IMG/VR virus record: IMGVR_UViG_3300022073_000033
Coordinates: 1 to 28,895 of that record
DNA from: a virus
Lineage: Duplodnaviria; Caudoviricetes
DNA: 28,895 nucleotides
Direction: 5' to 3' (one strand)
Below are positions 26,001-28,895 of this stretch, in pieces (within the stretch, counting starts at the first letter, position 1; every line of letters starts with the position of its first letter). The translations under genes and the position numbers were made by a program. The notes beneath the pieces are model-generated. The model worked only from the letters and a program-made list of their open reading frames with translations. It was not told the DNA's origin and did not search any database.

Positions 26001-28895
26001 CAGTGACGGTATGCCGGGCCTGGCGAAGGTCATGGAGCTGTACGCTTCGATCAAGAACCCCTACGTGGCCACGCTCGAGGAAATGCAGGCGATCGAGAAT
26101 CCGGTCCAGGCTCGCCGCTGGCGCGCCAAGCTGGAGCAGGCCGGGCACGACGGCATGCACATCCCGTCGGCAAAGGCCTGGGTGGCGTTCAACAACTACC
26201 AGATCAAGTCGGCGACCGATAACGTCGGCACCTTCGACGAGTTCGACGCCGATATTCGCTTCCGCCTGGGCGACTTCATCGGCCGGCGCGAGTCGTTCGA
26301 CGTGGCCGCGAGCAACGCCAAGCGCACGCTCAAGGGCCGCGTGTCCGACCTGAAACCGGCGATGCTGGGGGCGCTGCCGCTCAACTACCTGCGCGACTTC
26401 GCCCCGCAGTCGATGACCGCGCTTACGGCCTACATGGACGAGAAGCGCGCCATGGATGCCGATCGCAACGAAATGCACACCCGCTATGACGCGATCGCGC
26501 AGCGCTGGCTCAAGCTGCGCTGGACCGACCGCAAGGCCGAGCAGCGCCTGGCCGACCTGATGCACGCCGCCACCCTGGAGGGCGTGGACCCCAGCAAGCC
26601 GATCAAGGAGGCGTATACCCCGGAGCAGAAGGCGACCTATAACCGCCTGCGCATCCAGTTCCAGTCGCTGCCGGCCGAGCACCGCGCCATGTTCGGCGAG
26701 GCGCGTGACGCCTACAAACAGCAGATCAGCACCCTGGAAAGCGTGATCGAGGAGAACATCCGCAAGTCGGCCGAGTACGCCAAGAAGCGCGCTCGCCGCG
26801 ACCGTGACGCGGACATTCAGCGTGCCAAGGACGAACTGGTTGGCGACGAGCTGGACGAAGCGCTGGAGGCCGCCGAGAAGCGCTACAACGGCCGCGTGGC
26901 ATCGGCCGAGAAGGGCGGTAGCGCGAAGATCCTGCTGTTGCGCCAGAAGTTCGAGAGCATGCGTGTGGACGAGCCGTATTTCCCGCTCAAGCGCTACGGC
27001 GATTACTTCGTAGCCATGCGTGACGGCGACGAGCTGGTGTCGTTCTCCATGTTCGAGAGCGCGGCCGACATGGAAGCGGCGGCCGCCGAGCTGCGCAAGA
27101 CCTACCCGAACCTGTCGGTCAAGGTCGGTCGCCAGTCGAACAAGCAGGAGCTGGAGGGCGCGGTAGATCCGGCGTTCATCGCCGATTTGCAGGACGTGGT
27201 ATCGCGCATGCCCAACTCCAAGGAGCTGAGCGACCAGATTTACCAGATGTACCTGGAGACGATGCCGGACTTTTCCATGCGCAAGGGCTTCATCCACCGC
27301 AAGAAGACCGCCGGCTTCGATCGGGACGCCATGCGCGCCTTCGCCAGCTCCATGTTCCATAGCTCGTACCAGATCGCCCGCCTGAAGCACTCGCTCGAAA
27401 TGAACGAGCTGGTCGAGCAGGTCGAGGACCAGGCCAAGGCCGCCAAGGATCCGGTGGACGCCATGACCATCGCCAACGAGCTGCGCAAGCGGCACGAATG
27501 GGTCATGTCGCCCAAGAGCGGGAAGATCGCCCAGCACATCACGTCGGCCGCCTTCGTCTATCAGCTGGGCATCACCCCGGCCGCCGCGCTGGTGAACACG
27601 ACGCAGACCTGGATGATGGGTATCCCGATCCTGGGTGCGCGCTTCGGCAGCGAAACCAAGGCCGCCGCGGCGCTGACCAAGGCCTCGGCTGACTTCGTGC
27701 AAGGGCGCGGGCACATCGAGAAGCGCCTGGAAGGCCAGGAGGCCGCCGCTTTCGCCGAGTTCATGCGCATGGGGCTGATCGACAAGACGCAGGCGCACGA
27801 CCTGGCCGGCGTCGGCGAGACGGGCGTGGAGTACAACCCGGTGCGCCACAAGGTCATGGGCTACATCAGCTGGGCCTTCCACAATGCCGAGCGTTACAAC
27901 CGTGAGGTGACGGTGATGGCGGCCTACCGCCTGGGCCGTGCGAACGGCCTGGACCATGAGGCGGCGATCAAGGAAGCGGCCGAGCTGACCTGGACCACCC
28001 ACTTCGACTACAGCTCCGGCAACCGTGCGCGCTTCATGCAGAACGACACGGCCAAGGTGCTGCTGGTGTTCCGTCAGCACTCGATCAACATGCTGTCGCG
28101 CCTGGTCATCGATCTGCGCGGCGCCATGAAGGGCGAGACGCCCGAGGTCAAGCGCATGGCCAAGCGCCGGCTGGCGGGCATGTTCTCCATGTTCGGGCTG
28201 TTCGCCGGCGTGATGGGTATCCCTGGTGTCATGGCCATCCTGGCGCTGCTGGATCTGTTCGACGATGACGATGATCCGTGGAGCACCGAGGACAAGATGA
28301 GGCGCAATCTGGTGGACGCGCTGGGACCGGACGTGGCCGCCGTGGTGCTGGGCGGCCTGCCTGGCACCGTGTCGGACCTTTCGCTGACCGAGCGTGTCGG
28401 CATGGGCTACCTGTGGTTCCGCCCGGCCGGGCGCGAGCTGGAAGGCAAGGACGCCTATCTGTACTGGATGGAGCAGGTGCTGGGCGCGGCGCCGGCGATG
28501 GTCAGCAATACCTTCACCGGCGTGAAGATGATCGGCGAGGGGCACGTCTGGCGCGGGATAGAGGCGATGATGCCGAAGGCGATCAAGGATGCCATGCGCG
28601 CTGGGCGCTACACCCAAGAGGGCGTGCTGACCATGGATGGTACGCCGCTGGTCGACGAGGTGGGAACCTGGAACATCATCGCGCAGGCGATGGGTTTTAC
28701 ACCGGCGCACATCGCCGAGCGCTACGACACGAACCGCGCACTGAAGAACGCCGAGCAACACATCCTGACGGAGCGGCGCAGCATCCTGAACCGCTACGCC
28801 ATGGCCGTGAAACAGGGCGATAGCGAAATGCGCGGCAAGCTGCTCGAGCGAGTCCAGGCCTTCAACAGGCGGTACCCGCAGTACCCGATCACCGG
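14014..28895 (+). CDS. giant polyvalent protein (DarB-like MTase-helicase, PLxRFG-domain), >4,960 aa, 3'-truncated
   Basis: ATG at 14014 directly follows the TAA at 14011-13. Frame 1 reads MAFDPTSAFLDEDD... and I found no stop in the segments I translated. The track lists no terminated frame-1 ORF after 14013, consistent with the frame running off the window end. Multiple recognisable enzyme motifs lie in this frame. Confidence 0.92.
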   Translation, partial: MAFDPTSAFLDEDDTQPATTGAFDPSTAGFDASTASEDFEADQGVLGTLKQGTKSAARAIGATANTYTGNADGVVGKAKAQQEAPKDYRLDNLYRDVEENTKASGEDPGLLDAIGNVGKAVWDNPAGAGLAVLEQLPNSVPTLAGGYAGMKGGAALGAVAGGPVGAGIGGVVGGLAGMFLGNAAIETGHKAMGAADDGEFTPEVMDQVKREGAIKGGVITGVDAVTLGIGGAVSGAMQRTTRSALEAATRKALVDQGVDVADEAAVLAARSNPQVSAAVRAAQESAVKATDTLKRRAAEAGTLLAMESAGEGVGEYLGELAATGEGNVTDAVLESLLSVGQSGAETAWNMTRKREQRGLWEEAAAIADPGLEQPAAAPVPGADPALDGSAPIDAAAPEAAPAVDTSMVQPTPTAENPAPVPVPRPDPNNGPLSAAASLLPPAGAPALSAGPLSEVAPATEQAAEPVAEQQAPARTEGPLAEAPPADPQASTEPPATPSQRAILARRGVGPEQIEGLTRKQAGELIQQQNKTQTAGAPKPQQMGLQEPEAVEAELRDQLSYLERQAKSAGGWTPALSRERARLRTALEPFDQNPSAAPAAVDAPADAFKVGEQWQKGRTSYTIESVSPDGRLADAVFPGGKRHKVSLDAELANGWQRSGQQAGAAVEQATVSPETVTAPAIEGRNIGEQWNEMPPVRRRELMARPGSPFTDAKGRLKAEAALLGSYPWDKQEASDQSAIEALLSGAAAQQAAPQIEGRDLGDGWAAFTSESGTIGVPRADMPQIKAEHRGAMVNFLNARGIEHQEETVAAASLKPTQGEFSRKKVEQAKAYTGGNRSILVSSDNHVLDGHHQWLAARESGDGVKIIRLGAPIDQLLSAAHEFPSSTTDAAAPAANERRYQLVAINEKTGRREVLSAEPMTHAEAVTVKSKHSDYPGRRIQLEEVSASAADQMPVKDAAPAARDAQPAEAAPVKWFASESKAQAHIAKKKLGGTHQVVKNGNKYEIRPLAEQQGDLIVQQPPAVEPTSAASPAVEQGEVAAKAPIEIPEKAFADLLAEMEQGEDSIPVFVEPTKTVRSEDRAKGAGEMTVEQAQALVAEWEAHAKAQGKSRVNAGKVVLSLFDTSGEWSQPWLDAGYEVHRFDIQDGMDINDFSVEYLTEQLGIERADIILAAPPCTDFSSSGAHAWKKKDADGRTAASVELVRQTLRTVELFRPSSWALENPVGRIQKLTGLPKPAMTFQPNNFGDPYTKRTLLWGDFNTELPLANVAPTEGSKITNGLAGKDKYGRSLTPKGFAYAYFMANNLADMSAADRLAAEFKGFPRAEFQAATDAGMAEADIRTAIEDSYNDQDIEAAREDLRNAMPTPPEPTKAPEPQEAAPESTSIAVRSIRAGNKLARALEAIGFTKIEGTNGMKHVVEGAGRAATTSVRVIRTDDQIQFQVASTTTSMQDGRMKAAAPGMTETFDSMDEAVALAAQWQEVNRTWVREGMSSTAELPSDEALALKSRHTKLDKAMDLLSDKQIEDLYRRSGLAGAHTPVEQKRAILKMEHPDDIEPLMNAKPAPATVPIEDARKADKLRQVRKMGREAYDAGEERTPPAWMGEGDLADAWLEGFGDGIAANVQRNMDARKEQEKAAAPDLAQQLAGMSNAALSSLIDDIAAEDAQVADTAKPAPKRKRKTQPKAKDAAPKPRSTTSPAESADETDAADVERTAGEIAKSFGYNVSSAGMEAIKGLTELFGGSGRLSSGLTFDEETYAKAKPHFQAMLRDAQAAGHDLAQFVRTVLQSFGTGVKPYIIRYANDLRDEVAQPQENTNGTDSTQSAVDRADQAGVPAPAGGRGRDTQPGSAQADTGRVAAGEPEAVGEPVQGGADDAAGLRAPGTDVAGGERAAAPGRAADGRPRAGRKEPSDAGAGSAERADRSPSVTATKAPAEVSPGNPGPGNFHVADPLKIVGGGQVARFDKNRAAIELYNELRAEGRPATREEQEVLAGYTGWGSFGQELFQGSWARPAPKSGWEARDAWLRDNLGQKEWEGLQRSITNAHYTDPPTVLAMWEMVKRMGFQGGRVLEPSMGIGNFFGMMPADLKARSQLAGIELDPVTGGMAKLLYPDANIQVKGYQESKTPDGFYDLVIGNWPFEDTVIADRRYQRLNPYLHDYFFLKAVDQARAGGLVVGITSKGSMDKKSIGIRAELAKKAELVAAFRLPSGAFKEYAGTSVVTDIVILRKRPEPVRNIADAGWIESVDYQTPSGETVSINEYYVKNPQNVIGTIDFGHGTTFKRPGMIVHRPDNMTEQLERITQLAPEGAFQPERQADTISYIANHTADRENSLIRTKDGLFVVRGEYLAPANEVAKYAVKSEATTRAREDQFDRLIELRKQYAAVIEAQRSGDVKAERKALKASYEAFVAKHGPINESYGLSYLQKIDDPFYASLAALEVMEKDGAAVTYRPSAIMSKATTRGALAIENPSIADAFVLARNQSINPTLEQVAEMAKRPVAEVKSELLSKGAVFELPSGDVVPSDIYLSGNVREKLRDAKAAVAEGLAQLQRNIDALGEVVPADVPYYKIEAQMGASWVSTGIYAEYVAHMLNLPKADGIDVSYSGGRWKIKLPNGANNRAEASAGFGTKEVPFSRLVNAAISNLTINIKRKDSNGNEYIDSEATKEVNGKIGEIRQRFGEWLWSDPERRESVEREYNDARNAYATPNFDGSVLAFEGMALSLGNGPFDLRKHQRDAIWRALVMRRSLNAHEVGTGKTFTMGGIAVESRRYGMAKKPLILAHNANSKSVAAEIQMMYPAAKVLYIDNLSPDTVDIKLRQIANDDWDAVVLPHSLINRLAFKEETLMEMAYEEIRELESAAAEAAEEDGVTLTSEMLKDDKELEKLRSVTAKDLVKTRNKIINAIKKQAQRASKEGATAFEDLGIDMVLVDEGHEFKKPPFSTTMKMKGLQTKSSDRSIALAFLTKYIRTHNNGGNVHVFTGTPITNTLTEVFHQMRYIMQEEMEAAGVDQWDGWFGSFAREVTDVELNAAAEYEAVTRLSAFINVPELRRMIGQYMDVVFADDMPEMQPRHTATGKKMDDEELTEAERAELLNGRTEQAKDRPYKKVIIDTADLTEEQKVEFQKIQGYARAWRSMSGKERKETMSAGAPESPIIYENLAGKASFDVRLNRGAELAGQEGQVPDEPDSKASRVVRNVLEVYNSHPLATQVIFAQQGLSTTATRSVGPVGDKRKVTYKTFSTMRDVVERLVQQGIPREQIAIVDGDTSKDKRKAIADAMNRAEIRVVIGSTQSLGVGVNMQRNLRAMHHMDAPWMPGDLEQRNGRGHRQGNQWNTVLEYRYLTDRLDGRRWQVLAIKQRFITAFLKSNDADRVIEGDAASEEESDILETFAEAAGDPRILIREKLKKKIEQLQSRERLHGQAVSDARRSLRITRERRDERRDKLKALDDAGVVEAVQALTAATAGAGFTMTVDGTEYATRKEAEEAIAAFAEDNVRTGDNRAHPVGSFGGHALSLTWPYWADQPVITADINGTPISSRSLRLQSLETALRGYPDEIQKQRNEVVEAARTITRLEQVAGEPFHMAADLERAQKDYELLEKDLEQNPVPPPAWLRSGVPVDTEVTWKSKTFLVTGHRWNKDGWFVLAADAKGNVVIPYTEARDAQGMAVYEERPFEAPEVVTKENPQGLTEADAVPTDSGVRFSVGSRPSGATRIRFLDRGAVQKAAVKAVGEATAGRFVFTSFADLPAGIRDAVERQGIPPREIKGVHWKGKTYLVDDRFTTADEVRRAVFHEHYAHYGLRSMYGKELEARLSMLLSRVGGKDGVLKLAREQRIDLSEYEAAGKRDKKLTEKQRHLILMEELLAHAAETTGTLRRIVEEWVGLVRDWLRKKGYAELAEYGITDLAYELKAARKEAIRADEATDGQPLFKLVGGVDQTATDAFRSWFGASKVVDKQGEPQVLYHGTASEFTVFENRAGNSTGHATSDLGYFMTSDQRSAEGYARNASDGMPGLAKVMELYASIKNPYVATLEEMQAIENPVQARRWRAKLEQAGHDGMHIPSAKAWVAFNNYQIKSATDNVGTFDEFDADIRFRLGDFIGRRESFDVAASNAKRTLKGRVSDLKPAMLGALPLNYLRDFAPQSMTALTAYMDEKRAMDADRNEMHTRYDAIAQRWLKLRWTDRKAEQRLADLMHAATLEGVDPSKPIKEAYTPEQKATYNRLRIQFQSLPAEHRAMFGEARDAYKQQISTLESVIEENIRKSAEYAKKRARRDRDADIQRAKDELVGDELDEALEAAEKRYNGRVASAEKGGSAKILLLRQKFESMRVDEPYFPLKRYGDYFVAMRDGDELVSFSMFESAADMEAAAAELRKTYPNLSVKVGRQSNKQELEGAVDPAFIADLQDVVSRMPNSKELSDQIYQMYLETMPDFSMRKGFIHRKKTAGFDRDAMRAFASSMFHSSYQIARLKHSLEMNELVEQVEDQAKAAKDPVDAMTIANELRKRHEWVMSPKSGKIAQHITSAAFVYQLGITPAAALVNTTQTWMMGIPILGARFGSETKAAAALTKASADFVQGRGHIEKRLEGQEAAAFAEFMRMGLIDKTQAHDLAGVGETGVEYNPVRHKVMGYISWAFHNAERYNREVTVMAAYRLGRANGLDHEAAIKEAAELTWTTHFDYSSGNRARFMQNDTAKVLLVFRQHSINMLSRLVIDLRGAMKGETPEVKRMAKRRLAGMFSMFGLFAGVMGIPGVMAILALLDLFDDDDDPWSTEDKMRRNLVDALGPDVAAVVLGGLPGTVSDLSLTERVGMGYLWFRPAGRELEGKDAYLYWMEQVLGAAPAMVSNTFTGVKMIGEGHVWRGIEAMMPKAIKDAMRAGRYTQEGVLTMDGTPLVDEVGTWNIIAQAMGFTPAHIAERYDTNRALKNAEQHILTERRSILNRYAMAVKQGDSEMRGKLLERVQAFNRRYPQYPIT
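16273..16665 (+). other. ParB/Srx-like domain within the giant protein
   Basis: SLKPTQ (16444) ... ILVSSDNHVLDGHHQWLAA (DGHH at 16552). Confidence 0.75.
17353..17919 (+). other. compact C5-cytosine DNA methyltransferase domain within the giant protein
   Basis: Motif I-like VLSLFDTSG, catalytic PPC (17527), ENP (17668), YTKRTLLWG, and terminal RSLTPKGFAYAYF. Confidence 0.85.
19451..19783 (+). CDS. overprinted (+1 frame) 110-aa helical protein, TnpV-like pattern
   Basis: AGGAG at 19439-43, 7 nt before the ATG. The translation is protein-like and amphipathic, while the host frame over the same span is a G/A/R/P/D-rich linker. Confidence 0.7.
   Translation: MAQTALSPQWIEQIRQEYQRLLADEDVIHNRDLHKRILAAWRLESPKLWANLSRVGLTTPLAYVLQERMWQEVNEQLRQGVPLTDAREQAERNHLMLEPEAQNEPIAAQA
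19831..20700 (+). other. N6-adenine DNA methyltransferase domain (DarB-type)
   Basis: YTGWG, NAHYT, motif I VLEPSMGIGNF (20206), IELD, motif IV IGNWPF (20401), HDYFF, RLPSGAF, TDIVILRKR. Confidence 0.9.
22180..24100 (+). other. SF2 (SNF2/Strawberry-notch-like) helicase domain
   Basis: Q motif LRKHQ, Walker A AHEVGTGKT (22243), Walker B VDEGH (22780), motif III TGTP (22933), GVGVNMQ, motif VI EQRNGRGHRQGN (23947). Confidence 0.92.
25200..25690 (+). other. zincin-like metallopeptidase domain (polyvalent-protein type)
   Basis: VFHEHYAHYGL (HExxxH at 25360) with downstream EELLAH (25564), preceded by KGVHWKGKTYLV. Confidence 0.7.
25795..26268 (+). other. ADP-ribosyltransferase domain (ART-PolyVal-like)
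   Basis: FRSWFGASKVVD..GEP.VLYHGT (YHGT at 25870), A.GYA, IKNP, GHDG, QIKSATDNVGTFD...DIRF. Confidence 0.8.
26340..27200 (+). other. PLxRFG domain region
   Basis: PYFPLKRYGDYFV at 26974-27012 within a helical region. The boundaries are approximate. Confidence 0.7.

Noticed and set aside
25078-28761. 1227-aa minus-strand ORF
   Set aside because: Antisense shadow of the strongly codon-biased giant plus-strand gene. The translation has no recognisable motifs, while the plus frame holds the peptidase, ART and PLxRFG motifs.

Overview
GC-rich, all-plus-strand morphogenesis/late region of a tailed phage or prophage. The gene order is podovirus-like and the host is probably a GC-rich proteobacterium such as Pseudomonas (both inferred; no integrase or host genes are visible). 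Positions 1-14013 hold a RyR-domain protein (5'-truncated), a head-tail adaptor, fibre/tail proteins, several hypothetical virion proteins and two ejection-like proteins. From 14014 to the window end there is a single frame-1 ORF of >4,960 codons, absent from the supplied track because it has no stop. It encodes a giant polyvalent (DarB-like/PLxRFG) protein with a Gly-zipper, ParB-like, C5-cytosine MTase, N6-adenine MTase, SF2 helicase, zincin peptidase, ADP-ribosyltransferase and PLxRFG domains. Two observations stand out. (i) A 110-codon gene with its own AGGAG RBS is overprinted in the +1 frame inside a disordered linker of the giant gene, directly before the MTase-helicase block. (ii) Three intergenic copies of a fixed-spacing motif, GCTTG-N12-AGTCACATAGCGTC, are each followed by a hairpin that covers the downstream RBS, suggesting a coupled late-promoter/translation-lock switch.
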